Positions 28,064 through 38,079 of a stretch of 64,000 nt of DNA are shown one piece after another. Source of the stretch: a virus; the IMG/VR virus record IMGVR_UViG_3300035698_001735, positions 1-64,000 of that record, one strand, 5' to 3'. The number at the start of each line of letters is the position of its first letter. Position 1 is the stretch's first letter. The notes below the pieces were generated by a model. The model was not told the DNA's origin. It was given only the letters and a program-made list of their open reading frames with translations, and made no database searches. Position numbers and translations under genes: made by a program.

Positions 28064-28513
28064 TTATACGTATCTCATCATAAGAAAAAACTGCATAGTG
28101 CCTAAAAATATTCCAATTCCAACAATAGCTATTAGTCCAAATGCAATATCCTTAAATGCCTTTGTCTCTTTAATATTCTTAATCTTTCCAATCTTCATTA
28201 TATTTTCTCCTGCGTGTGTGTAAACGGCGTGCGTTTGTGTTTTACGTTCGTTAACCTGCGTTCCAGGTTATAAATGTCTGTCGCTTGTTCTAAGTACCTA
28301 TCTACTTTACTGGTTCTTGAACTTATGAATGCTCTCTTAAAGCGTTTCCACATTACTGTTGTTCTCCTTTTCGTTAGTTATGTACAGCGATCGTACGTAC
28401 CCTATAGACTCATTACTATACTCAGCACGTTGTAAGCTTATAATAGCTGCATCAATAGATCGCCGCTGTCTGCGATTACTATAACTAGCAACTAAGCTGT
28501 CAAAAAATTTCAT
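28064..28513 (-). CDS. three small ORFs below track cutoff (28337..28513, 28198..28353 DUF3563-like, 28064..28198 membrane peptide)
   Basis: each has an AGGAG SD and they overlap end to end; the middle ORF has RYLEQATDIYNLERR. Confidence 0.55.
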
Positions 28514-28707
28514 TTTTATATACTCTCCTTTATGTGTATGTAGCTGTATTTATGCTGCATTGCACAATAATACTACGAAAAAGCGGTTATGTCAACTACT
28601 TTAGTATAAGGACATAAATATTTCTCTTGACAAACCCGTTTGAACTCTGTATTATAGAGGTTGTTGCGCCGTGATCCACTAAATAGTTACAACTGAGTGG
28701 AGATCAC

Positions 28708-28986
28708 ATGAAAAAACGCACAAGAAGTATATTAGAAGAATTAAACAACCTATCTCCCAGCAAGGATAGCGATCATCTAATAGAGGTAACAGCTAGTAAT
28801 TTAATTGAGAGTTCAATTAACCTATTAAATCGCATAGCAACTACATATGATGTAGAAACAGCAGCCGAACTTGAAAGGCGTTTTATTAACTCTATTAAAG
28901 CAGGCGACCCTCGCAAATTTAAACGCAGCATCAAGAAAGTAATTGAGGCAAGAGATGAACCATCAAGCAACGAAGGCAGGCGGTAA
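28708..28986 (+). CDS. hypothetical phage protein
   Basis: TAAATA plus GGAG upstream; AELERRFINSIK.GDP.KF. Confidence 0.7.
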   Translation: MKKRTRSILEELNNLSPSKDSDHLIEVTASNLIESSINLLNRIATTYDVETAAELERRFINSIKAGDPRKFKRSIKKVIEARDEPSSNEGRR

Positions 28987-29659
28987 TGTTTTTAAGACAG
29001 CTAAGGGTAAACTTTTAACACAACGTATTAATAAGCAGGATATAGATCCTACACTCGATTGGTTAGAATCACTAACTAATATTCCACACAAAGACTTCAA
29101 ATTAGGCACAACAGGCATACACTCTTCGTCTGGTGATATAGACATCGCCGTTAATTCGACATTAATATCAAAAGATGCTATGGTTGAGAGACTTAGTGCT
29201 TATGCTACCCAGCACAATCAGCCAGTAACCGATTACGTAAGGAAGACGGGAATTAGTGTACACTTCCGCACTCCTATTAACGGCGACGAACGAAACGGCT
29301 TTGTACAAACAGACATGATGTTTGGTGATCCTAAGTGGCTTGAGTTTACTCATGCAGGTTCAGATATAGAAGGCAGTCCTTTCAAAGGAGCACATCGCGC
29401 TATACTAATGTCTTCTATAGCAAAAGGCAGCGGCCTTAAGTGGTCCCCTAAATTAGGGCTTTTACATCGTAAAAGTAACAAGCTAGTAGCCAATTGCCCA
29501 GATAAGATTGCAGAGTTGCTATTAGGCAGAGGAGCTACTAGGATTGACCTAAATACTGTGGAATCAATGTTAGCAAAGATAAAGCATGTACCTGAATACA
29601 ACGACCTAATAGCTGATGCTAAAGAAACATTTAATAAACAAGGACTAGAGTTACCATGA
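28943..29659 (+). CDS. Pol-beta-superfamily nucleotidyltransferase-like protein
   Basis: GGNVFK; LGTTG...SGDIDIAV; VQTDMM third Asp. Confidence 0.7.
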   Translation: MRQEMNHQATKAGGNVFKTAKGKLLTQRINKQDIDPTLDWLESLTNIPHKDFKLGTTGIHSSSGDIDIAVNSTLISKDAMVERLSAYATQHNQPVTDYVRKTGISVHFRTPINGDERNGFVQTDMMFGDPKWLEFTHAGSDIEGSPFKGAHRAILMSSIAKGSGLKWSPKLGLLHRKSNKLVANCPDKIAELLLGRGATRIDLNTVESMLAKIKHVPEYNDLIADAKETFNKQGLELP

Positions 29660-30771
29660 CCATGAGACATAGTAAGTTGAAAGCTAAGAAGAAGCAACGG
29701 CTAGTTGATGCAGCACGCATTGATCATGCAGAAGATGTTATCTTCTGGGAAGGATCGCCCGGAGCACTGAGGGCATTAGCAGCACTGCAATCACTGAAAG
29801 AAGGCAAGCACAGTGATGTCACTGTAAAGTTCGACGGTAGTCCCGCAGTTGTATTTGGGCGTAACGAAGCAGGTGCGTTTGTGTTCACAGACAAGAGTGG
29901 CTTCGCAGCAAAAGGCTACGACGGAAAAGCTACTAGTCCTGATATGTTAGAATCTATGTTTATGAACAGAGGCAGTGTATTAAAGTCGGAGTCGTACTTG
30001 CAGTTTATAAAAAACATGAAGGAAGCGTATCCTGTGTTTGAACAAGCAGTTCCGGCAGATTATCGCGGCTATGTCAAAGGAGACTTATTGTACTTTAATA
30101 CACCTATACTAGAAGACAACTACTATCGCTTCGTTCCTAATGTTGTAGAGTACGGAATTAGAGCCGAGTCTAGCTTAGGAAAGCAAGTAGGGCTAAGCAA
30201 GGCGGGAGTCGTAATACATTCTACAGCGGGGTCAGCTGTGTTTGAAGGTACATCGCTATTAGTATTGCCGCCAGTAATAGTACAACATCCCCCGTCGATT
30301 AATAAAGATGCAGTTAACGAGATAAAGATGCTGATTAATAAAAATGCTGTGCTTATTGACTCATTGTTACATGATGGAAACCGACGAGCCAATAAGCTAG
30401 CTGACTTACACAAACTGTTCTATGCCTACACAAATAGCAAAGTTGATACCGGCTTATCTAACCTAGGCGAAGACTTCGCTCAGTGGATAACAAACAATCA
30501 CCGGATACGCGAAACCAAGAAAATCAATATACATAACTGGATATTAGAACACAAGCAAGGGCTAGCAGCTAAGTGGGAGATAGTGTCCGGCATTATGAAT
30601 TTAAAAGATGATATTGTTAACCAGTTTGACAAACACGACTCGGACATAATACAAAGTATTAACGGAATATCCGGCGGGGAAGGATATGTAATGGAACACT
30701 CCGAAGGTAGTATTAAACTAGTACCTCGCGCGCATTTTACACGCGCTAACCGAGCAATAATAAGAAATTAA
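29656..30771 (+). CDS. DUF6267-like protein with ATP-dependent ligase-like motifs
   Basis: TVKFDGSPA (KxDG), KGDLLY, GEGYV, IKLV. Confidence 0.6.
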   Translation: MTMRHSKLKAKKKQRLVDAARIDHAEDVIFWEGSPGALRALAALQSLKEGKHSDVTVKFDGSPAVVFGRNEAGAFVFTDKSGFAAKGYDGKATSPDMLESMFMNRGSVLKSESYLQFIKNMKEAYPVFEQAVPADYRGYVKGDLLYFNTPILEDNYYRFVPNVVEYGIRAESSLGKQVGLSKAGVVIHSTAGSAVFEGTSLLVLPPVIVQHPPSINKDAVNEIKMLINKNAVLIDSLLHDGNRRANKLADLHKLFYAYTNSKVDTGLSNLGEDFAQWITNNHRIRETKKINIHNWILEHKQGLAAKWEIVSGIMNLKDDIVNQFDKHDSDIIQSINGISGGEGYVMEHSEGSIKLVPRAHFTRANRAIIRN

Positions 30772-30812
30772 TCCAGTCACTGGATACAGGTATAAGAGCA
30801 AGCCTATCTTAA

Positions 30813-31130
30813 TTGCTCCATCAAGGAAACACAATGCAAACTAATAGAGAAAGATTCGAAATAACAATAGAAGACGCAAAGTTTGCAACTGCCGGCCGCC
30901 TGCTCATGGAGTACGGTGCCAAGGAACACGACATCGAAAAGTCGCAACTGTATTCAACAATCGGCGGCGTACTGGCTACTATATCACGGCATGACTCTCC
31001 TGAAAAGATACAAAAGCGTGTTGACAAGTACGGTCTTGACAAAAAACAGTTTGAAAAGATAAGTATATATGTATTGAAGTTTGTTGATAGGCAAATAGCA
31101 AATGGTAAAACATTACAGGAAATAGGATAA
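30813..31130 (+). CDS. hypothetical protein
   Basis: likely start MQTNRE after AAGGA SD. Confidence 0.55.
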   Translation: MLHQGNTMQTNRERFEITIEDAKFATAGRLLMEYGAKEHDIEKSQLYSTIGGVLATISRHDSPEKIQKRVDKYGLDKKQFEKISIYVLKFVDRQIANGKTLQEIG

Positions 31131-31131
31131 T

Positions 31132-31686
31132 ATGAATTTCATTAGAGAACTGGCAGAGGATCGCTTCACTCGCGATATACATGACGAGCCATCGCTTACG
31201 TATCAGGAGTGTAAAGAAAGACTCTACCTTACACTCTTAATGATAGAAATGCTACGCAAACAGGGTAGCGGAGCAATATTAGTTGAGTACGCACAAGACA
31301 CAATTGCACACTGCGATTTTGCAAAGTTCCGAGCCGGCGCAACTAGCTTGCACAACTTGATCTATTACGTTAATGGCAACGAAACTTCGTTACAGAAGCT
31401 TAAGGATCCCGGCGAAGCAATAGCTATGCGAGAAAGAACAACACTTCCGCTATCGATGGTAACTAGTTACTTGCGTGATGTATCAACCGGCAAGCTACCC
31501 CATCGGCCGGAAACTGTGTTGCTTAAAGTTGAGACTGCCCTTGGTATAACCAATTCATCTTATAAGAACTTACGCAGAAATGTTACTTCGTATGAAAGTC
31601 TGAGCAGCGCCGATCGGGATCAACTTATAGAAAACATGTGCATTGTAGTTGCTGATAAGACAGACCTAGCAAAAAGGTTGCTATAA
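31132..31686 (+). CDS. hypothetical protein
   Basis: 184 aa, AGGA SD, MNFIRELAE start. Confidence 0.7.
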   Translation: MNFIRELAEDRFTRDIHDEPSLTYQECKERLYLTLLMIEMLRKQGSGAILVEYAQDTIAHCDFAKFRAGATSLHNLIYYVNGNETSLQKLKDPGEAIAMRERTTLPLSMVTSYLRDVSTGKLPHRPETVLLKVETALGITNSSYKNLRRNVTSYESLSSADRDQLIENMCIVVADKTDLAKRLL

Positions 31687-31782
31687 ACAATAGTAAATGT
31701 GCTATTTTTTCTCGATATGATAAATACTTATAACAACTTTGCAAAAGCAGAGTTACCATAATAGATTTCAAGGAGAAATAAA

Positions 31783-32145
31783 ATGGCAGAATTTGCAAGA
31801 GTATCAGGTTTCAGCAATTATACACAAGGCACAGTCTACGGCGTAGCACAGTTAAAGGCGTTTTTAATAACAGCACAAGACACCAACGACGCCGCAGTAT
31901 CCCTAGCAGCCGAGGACGACGCGGCTAACGAAGTAATGGAAGCAATCATTCGTGAAGTGCAGCCGTTAATGTATTACAGCACAGGAACCGACGGAACTAT
32001 TACAGTAGTAGTCGACGGTCACGGCGTTGATGCAGCAACATTGCAAGCACGCTTGCAACACCTAGGCGCCACTGTTGGCCCAAACGACATTGATCTTTTA
32101 GGAACTACTGTTGAGATCGCGGGTGCGCTCGTAGCTACGGCTTAA
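31783..32145 (+). CDS. probable virion structural protein
   Basis: monocistronic: TAAATA promoter, AAGGAG SD, strong terminator; acidic, Ala/Thr/Val-rich. Confidence 0.6.
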   Translation: MAEFARVSGFSNYTQGTVYGVAQLKAFLITAQDTNDAAVSLAAEDDAANEVMEAIIREVQPLMYYSTGTDGTITVVVDGHGVDAATLQARLQHLGATVGPNDIDLLGTTVEIAGALVATA

Positions 32146-32165
32146 GTTTAGTTTAAAGCAAAACC

Positions 32166-32199
32166 AAAAAGGGTTCATATCTTATATGAACCCTTTTTT
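32166..32199 (+). terminator. intrinsic terminator
   Basis: AAAAAGGGTTCATAT-CTT-ATATGAACCCTTTTTT. Confidence 0.85.
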
Positions 32200-32217
32200 A
32201 ATGACTTAAATACCAGT

Positions 32218-32604
32218 ATGAAAATAAAAATAAAAACGTTAATAGACATCACAAACACCGGAGCACGCCGCGGCGAAACTCCTCACCGTATGAACCAACA
32301 GCAGAATTATCTAACGTTTTTACAAACGCTTGGGTTACGGTCTAACTTTGACATAGACGAGTATCCAACAGTTGACAAAGAAACTACAAAAGACTTTGGT
32401 TCTAATTACAAAGGCAGACAAAACGTTTGGACAGTAGTAGTTGACCTTCCGTTCGAAGGTGCATTAACGGAAGACATGCTGTTGGATGACTTCGACCTGG
32501 TGCCTTTTATATCAAATCTTGACGAAACAGTTAAATTTCACACAGAAGCATTCAGTACAACTGACAACACTGAGTTAAACATTCGATTCCTTACTATCGA
32601 ATAA
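32218..32604 (+). CDS. hypothetical late protein
   Basis: TLIDITNTG...QQQNY.T..QTLGLRSN; TAAATA 5 nt upstream. Confidence 0.7.
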   Translation: MKIKIKTLIDITNTGARRGETPHRMNQQQNYLTFLQTLGLRSNFDIDEYPTVDKETTKDFGSNYKGRQNVWTVVVDLPFEGALTEDMLLDDFDLVPFISNLDETVKFHTEAFSTTDNTELNIRFLTIE

Positions 32605-32672
32605 ATACACTTAGCAGTACGAAAGTACACAGGTATATGCATTATATCGGTAACAAATTAAAGGGATAATAT

Positions 32673-32897
32673 ATGTCAATTGAGAATGAAAGCTTAGAAG
32701 CCCACGTAGAGTTGTGTACACTTCGGTACGACAACCTTGAAAGAAGGCTTGCAGCTATAGAAGCGAAAGTTGAGACTGTGCATTTTGATATACAAGCAGG
32801 CAATAAGTCGGTAATGAAGGTTATTATCGGCGCTACGGGTACGATCGTTGCTGGTCTACTCTCCACCATCGTAGTTCTGCTAGTTAGCTTTACATAA
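32673..32897 (+). CDS. small coiled-coil protein with C-terminal TM helix
   Basis: IENESLEAHVELC..RY..L; hydrophobic C-terminus. Confidence 0.7.
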   Translation: MSIENESLEAHVELCTLRYDNLERRLAAIEAKVETVHFDIQAGNKSVMKVIIGATGTIVAGLLSTIVVLLVSFT

Positions 32898-32905
32898 ATA
32901 TAGGT

Positions 32906-33178
32906 ATGTTACTTCGAGAGCTTACAGAACGGCAAGTATGGGCAAAGTCCGGTACTAAGCTAGTCCGCAAATATCGTTGCTCTTCAGGAGCACGTAAGGG
33001 CAGGAACGTCGCTAAGATGTCACAATGCTTTGCTGCTCCTAATCAGAAGCGCAGGATGTCCATGAAGAAGACCAGAGCAAGACTTGGGTCAAAAATGGTA
33101 CGTAAGGCAAAACGAACTAAAAGGCTGAATCCGGTTTCAAAGCGAGTGAAGACGTTAAATAAGAGTAGGAACAGATGA
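32906..33178 (+). CDS. highly basic protein, tandem paralog A
   Basis: RKYRCSSG.RKGR.VAK..QC.A.PN. Confidence 0.75.
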   Translation: MLLRELTERQVWAKSGTKLVRKYRCSSGARKGRNVAKMSQCFAAPNQKRRMSMKKTRARLGSKMVRKAKRTKRLNPVSKRVKTLNKSRNR

Positions 33179-33495
33179 GAGCAGTAGAATTTTTACAAGA
33201 AGCAACCAACCAAACATGGGGCCGAACCGGAAATACAACAACTCGTAAGTATCGTTGCACTTCCGGACACAGAAAAGGCCGAGTTGTTGCAAAAGCTGCA
33301 ACATGTACTGCTCCGCTAAACCAAAAGAAATCACAGTCGTTAAAGCGTACAAGAGGTCGCTTAGGCGGCAAGCAAGCAGTGAACCGCGCTCGTACTATTC
33401 GGTCAAACGCAGCGACAAAACGTCTAACAACGTCTAACAAAAGTCATAAGAAGTTTAGTAATAATCGAACTTCGAGGTTAAAAACAAGACGATGA
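33175..33495 (+). CDS. highly basic protein, tandem paralog B
   Basis: RKYRCTSG.RKGRVVAK..TC.APLN. Confidence 0.75.
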   Translation: MRAVEFLQEATNQTWGRTGNTTTRKYRCTSGHRKGRVVAKAATCTAPLNQKKSQSLKRTRGRLGGKQAVNRARTIRSNAATKRLTTSNKSHKKFSNNRTSRLKTRR

Positions 33496-34570
33496 GAGTA
33501 GACGAGGTAGTACCAGCCGTTGCAGCAGGATTGCGTAGTGCTGCTGCCAAGACCAAAAAAACTATTGCTAATAGCGCAGCAAAGAAAGTCGCAGGAGTAG
33601 GCGGCGACAGGCAAACTCGACCAACTGGATCCCCGGCGATAAAACCAAACACAGGTGACTTTGGTAAAGCAGGTGGATTTACTGAACCGTCCAACACATC
33701 GAATGCGCCTGCTTCACAAACTCCTACAGGCACAACCGGCCAACGACAGCAGACCATGGGCGCCGATGACGCAATGGATGATAAACAACTACAAGATCTT
33801 ATGAAACAAAAAGAGATTGCAGTTGGTGGTTCTAAGGTTAAGTTCAAAGGACCAATGGGCAAGAAGCTTAAAGTTGACATTAACGGAATGCCGGCTATGA
33901 TAGATAAGGACGCGCTAGCGTCTCAACTAGCAGCAGAATACGGAGTAGCTGGCAATGAAAATAAATGATATAATGGGCAGCTTTAGTATTGCCCTTAGTA
34001 ACGAAGAAAGTCAAATACTTGAAGGTATGCCCGAATCAGTAATGCCATTGGATTCTTTTCCAGAACGCGAACAAACCATTATTGAGAACTTAGTTAGGAA
34101 GAGTCTTATAAGTAAGATTGTCCATAAAGGGCGCACTTTGGTAGTAAGGAATGATCAATAAAGCACTTTTAGCAGAATTTGAACAACTATTGCTTGAAAA
34201 CTTAGAGAAAGCAAACTTTCCCTGTGTGCGTGGCAATAGCATTCGCATTGGTGCAATGATTGTGCGGTCAAATAAACGAGGACACTTAGTCTACAATACA
34301 AACGGCAATGTTCAAGTGGCTAGTATGTTTAGTAAAGCAGCAGCAGTAGCACTAGCCCGAACAATGGCCGATGGCAAAGACCACTTAAAGAAGATACGAG
34401 AGATTGACGACGATATTGCAAAGTACTATTCCGAAGCAATCTTTTATAAACATAACTTAGATCGCACTACTGACGAGTTCCGTCGTTGTGTATTAGAAAC
34501 ACGCTATGATATAGCAAAAGCGCACACTAGCGAAGCAAAATACCGCCTCGACAGTTATATATTTGATTAA
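33492..34570 (+). CDS. three coupled hypothetical late proteins (33492..33968, 33955..34161, 34151..34570)
   Basis: overlapping start/stop codons in one operon. Confidence 0.65.
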
Positions 34571-34620
34571 ATTAATATAAATAACAGTAGAGAGTCATTT
34601 CAACAAACAGGGATAAAATA

Positions 34621-35976
34621 ATGAGAATCGGAGAAATTTCAAATAAAGTAACAGCAAAGTCACTCAATGAGAGTCTTGCTAAAAGGTTTAACAAGAAGAT
34701 AGATCTTGAAGGATTTACTAATGAAAACCTAGAAAATGCAAGAAACAAGTTGCGCACTCAGCTATCACAAATTGAAACTAACGAAAGCTTTGATGCTGTT
34801 GGTGACGAAAGATATCAGCAGTCGAAATTGTTTCTTGATGTATTAAATGCAGAGATTAAAGAACGTGCAGAAGTTGACACAGAATCGCTTCGCAAGTCTA
34901 AAAGCAAGTCAAAGAAATATCGCCACGGACGAGGACGTTTTTCTAAGGGACACACGGGAATGGAATCATCTCCGGAAATGGAAGCTACTACGAAAAAAGA
35001 CCATCCGTTAAAATTAACAGCCGAAAAATTAGCTACTATAAGTGACCTTCCGACTGCTAAGCAAGTTGCTGCTGACGCAATTTCTGCGTTGGAAATGAAC
35101 GACAAGAAGAAAGCTAAGTTTTTAAATAACGTAGAGAAATCAAAGAATGTAATGAACCTTGTAACTATGATGTATAACATGATACTCTCAGCATCAGGCG
35201 ACGGCGTTGTCTCTAGTAACTGGAACGACAGCGTAGATAACAACGAAGCCACTGGCGACGAATGGCGAGAAAGCTACGCTCGTGTTATTGAAGGGATTAA
35301 ATCTAACAAAGCATTTAGTAAATCACTAAATGAGCAAAGCGGTAAGTTTCTTAAAGAAGGCGAAGAAGACAAAGCCGAGCTAGTAATGGCAGCAAAAGAC
35401 ATGGTTGACCGGCTAACAGGTTGGATGGAAGACACTGCTGAGATGCAAACAGAATCGATGCTAGAACTAGCTGATGCTATACGCGACGAGTACGGAGCCG
35501 ACCAATCTGAGAAGTTTACCGGAACTGTTAAACCATCGCTTGATGAACTTTACTCAGCAATGGAATCAACTCGTGTTGTATTAACACACGGTGTTGGCTT
35601 GCTAACAGGCGAAGCTGATGCAATGGGCGTAATGGGCGATGACGATCCGCTGGATGACACTGACGGAATGGATAACATGGATGACATGGAGCCAACAGCT
35701 GACATGGATGCAGAAGCAGGCTTAGACATGGACGACGAGTTTGGTGCAGCAGGCGCAGCAGCAGGCGGCGAAGAAGAAGCCGGTCGCATGAAACGCGAAA
35801 GCCGCGAAAACACTAGACGATTACATAAGATCATGGCATCGGAAGGCAAGGCTAAAAAAGGCAAGAAGCCAGACTTCTTAGATGTTGACAAAGACGGTGA
35901 TAAAAAAGAACCGTTTAAAAAAGCAGTAGCTGATAAGAAAAAGAAGCCTGTTGCGAAAAAATCAAAAAAAAAGTAA
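34621..35976 (+). CDS. acidic coiled-coil protein, possible prohead core/scaffold-type
   Basis: Glu/Asp-rich, TATAAATA promoter, C-terminal KPDFLDVDKDGDKKEP and Lys-rich tail. Confidence 0.55.
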   Translation: MRIGEISNKVTAKSLNESLAKRFNKKIDLEGFTNENLENARNKLRTQLSQIETNESFDAVGDERYQQSKLFLDVLNAEIKERAEVDTESLRKSKSKSKKYRHGRGRFSKGHTGMESSPEMEATTKKDHPLKLTAEKLATISDLPTAKQVAADAISALEMNDKKKAKFLNNVEKSKNVMNLVTMMYNMILSASGDGVVSSNWNDSVDNNEATGDEWRESYARVIEGIKSNKAFSKSLNEQSGKFLKEGEEDKAELVMAAKDMVDRLTGWMEDTAEMQTESMLELADAIRDEYGADQSEKFTGTVKPSLDELYSAMESTRVVLTHGVGLLTGEADAMGVMGDDDPLDDTDGMDNMDDMEPTADMDAEAGLDMDDEFGAAGAAAGGEEEAGRMKRESRENTRRLHKIMASEGKAKKGKKPDFLDVDKDGDKKEPFKKAVADKKKKPVAKKSKKK

Positions 35977-36011
35977 AAGAAGCAGCTAGCGATTCGGCTA
36001 GAGAAGTTGGA

Positions 36012-36308
36012 ATGCAAACTTTCAACGTCCTTAAAGCGCTTGTACCTATGAAGGGCGAGCGCAAACTTCCGCTAGATAAACTAAATCATTTCATGGCACG
36101 GAACAATGTGCCACAGTTTACCTACGAAACCTTAGCAGCACTATACGATTCTAATGTAGCGATGCAGAACATTGTTGCAGACTTCAACAAAGAAACAATC
36201 ACCCTAAGCAAAGACAAAGCTGACGTTGCTCCTACCGACGACTTAGGCGGTAGTGCTGACACAGTAAAGAACATGGCAAAGAACGCAACCGATTTAAGTG
36301 ATCTCTAA
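36012..36308 (+). CDS. hypothetical protein
   Basis: 98 aa; start uncertain; TVKNMAKNAT C-terminus. Confidence 0.6.
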   Translation: MQTFNVLKALVPMKGERKLPLDKLNHFMARNNVPQFTYETLAALYDSNVAMQNIVADFNKETITLSKDKADVAPTDDLGGSADTVKNMAKNATDLSDL

Positions 36309-36310
36309 GA

Positions 36311-36339
36311 TTGACAGGTTAGCCGTTTCGTAGTATAAT
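36311..36339 (+). promoter_or_regulatory. consensus sigma70 promoter
   Basis: TTGACA-N17-TATAAT, 6 nt before ATG 36346. Confidence 0.85.
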
Positions 36340-36345
36340 TACTGC

Positions 36346-37029
36346 ATGACATTACTAATTGAAAAATACGAGTACAAAAAACTAAGCAGAGCAGAAGATT
36401 CAAACGGAAAGAGGCAATACCTTACTCCGTTAGGAAATTCTGTCGCCTCTGTTACCACTATACTAGATGCAACAGCAGACAAGTCAGGGCTCGAACGTTG
36501 GCGCAGAAGTGTCGGCGAAGCTAAAGCTAAAGAGATTGTAACCGAAGCAGCTAACCGCGGTACACGCATGCACAAGTATCTCGAAGACTACGTAGACTAT
36601 GGTGTGTTTCCTAAGTGCGGCTCTAATCCTTACGCAAAACAAGCGCACGGCATGGCAGAAATTATTCGCGACAATGCGCTCGTAGACATGGATGAGATCT
36701 GGGGCTCGGAGTCTACGCTGTTTGTTGAGCAGATATATGCAGGCACTACTGACATAGTAGGTGTGTATAAGGGCAATGACTCAATATGCGACTTTAAGCA
36801 AACTAATAAACCCAAGAAGGAAGAATGGGTACAAGACTATTATTTGCAAATGGTGATGTACGGAATGGCCCATAATGACATGTATGGTACTAACATTAGA
36901 GAAGGGCATGTGTTTATGTGCTCTAAAGATGGATTGTATCAACAGTTTGATGTATGGCCTGATCAATGGGATGCTAAGTGTCACGAAGCATGGGACCGAA
37001 TTCACACATATTATAGTAAGTTTACATAA
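36346..37029 (+). CDS. PD-(D/E)xK (Cas4/RecB-like) exonuclease
   Basis: SVTTIL, RGTRMH, YAGTTD, ICDFKQ, YYLQMVMY. Confidence 0.85.
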   Translation: MTLLIEKYEYKKLSRAEDSNGKRQYLTPLGNSVASVTTILDATADKSGLERWRRSVGEAKAKEIVTEAANRGTRMHKYLEDYVDYGVFPKCGSNPYAKQAHGMAEIIRDNALVDMDEIWGSESTLFVEQIYAGTTDIVGVYKGNDSICDFKQTNKPKKEEWVQDYYLQMVMYGMAHNDMYGTNIREGHVFMCSKDGLYQQFDVWPDQWDAKCHEAWDRIHTYYSKFT

Positions 37030-37067
37030 ATACTTGTTGTGAGCAACTGCATACGCAAGGAAATTAT

Positions 37068-37997
37068 ATGTACTATATTTACGAATTATGGGAAACAAAA
37101 ACTAATACACCGATATACGTCGGATACAGTAACCAAAATAGACAGGGCAAAAGAAAAAGATTCGAATACCATTTGCACGAATCTTTGCGTTTTGAACAAG
37201 GAAAGATTACAAACACCCACAAGCTAAACAAATATAAGATTAACGTAATACTACAAGTTATAAACGAAGGATTTGAAATTATCTACCGATTCCCTTACGA
37301 CAACCTTAATTACAAAGACGCATGTGACAGAGAACGCGAGTTAATTAAAAAGTACGGTAGGCGGTGTATTGGAACCGGAACACTTACTAACATAGACGAA
37401 GGTGGTAGGGGTGGCAGAACATTAGCTGATGAAACAAAACAAAAAATAAGTGAGGCACTTAAAGGCAGGGCCTCACCTCTTAAAGGGAGGGCAGTAGGCC
37501 CGTACTCAGAAGAAAGAATACAAGCTGCAAAGGCCGGAGTTAATGTATTTAATGCGTCGGAAGCAGGGAGACAAATTAGGCAATTAGCAGGCGAACAGAT
37601 AAAAGGCCGCGACCCTTGGAATAAAGGAAAAACAAAAGATACCGACCCTAGGATAGCGAAGTATGCCGAATACAAAACTGGGAAGGCTCGACCTGACATG
37701 GTAGGTAACATCCCCTGGAATAAAGGAAAAACAAAAGATAACAATAGTAAGTTACAGGACATGTCTAATAAGATAGCTGGAAGAATTCCATGGAATAACG
37801 GTAAAGAAACTGGCAACAAAGGTAAGTCCTACGAGGAGATTTACGGTGAGGAAGTTGCTGCTAAGATGAAAGCTGCTAGACGAGATTCTGCCTGGGTACA
37901 CGACAATACAGTGTCAAAGAAGATTAAGCTAAGTGAATTAACTGAATACCAAAAACAAGGGTGGACGCGCGGTCGCTTAATCCGCAAGAAGAAGTAA
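37068..37997 (+). CDS. GIY-YIG homing endonuclease with NUMOD3-like repeats
   Basis: YYIYEL...IYVG, ERELIKKYGR...LTNIDEGG, ETKQKISEALKG, repeated PWNKGKTKD. Confidence 0.85.
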   Translation: MYYIYELWETKTNTPIYVGYSNQNRQGKRKRFEYHLHESLRFEQGKITNTHKLNKYKINVILQVINEGFEIIYRFPYDNLNYKDACDRERELIKKYGRRCIGTGTLTNIDEGGRGGRTLADETKQKISEALKGRASPLKGRAVGPYSEERIQAAKAGVNVFNASEAGRQIRQLAGEQIKGRDPWNKGKTKDTDPRIAKYAEYKTGKARPDMVGNIPWNKGKTKDNNSKLQDMSNKIAGRIPWNNGKETGNKGKSYEEIYGEEVAAKMKAARRDSAWVHDNTVSKKIKLSELTEYQKQGWTRGRLIRKKK

Positions 37998-38004
37998 TCT
38001 ATGC

Positions 38005-38033
38005 TTGACTTGCAAGAAGATTTACTATATACT
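38005..38033 (+). promoter_or_regulatory. sigma70-type promoter
   Basis: TTGACT-N17-TATACT. Confidence 0.65.
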
Positions 38034-38079
38034 GTGTATTAAATAAGTTTAGTTAGGTGCCACGGCACTAGACAACTAA

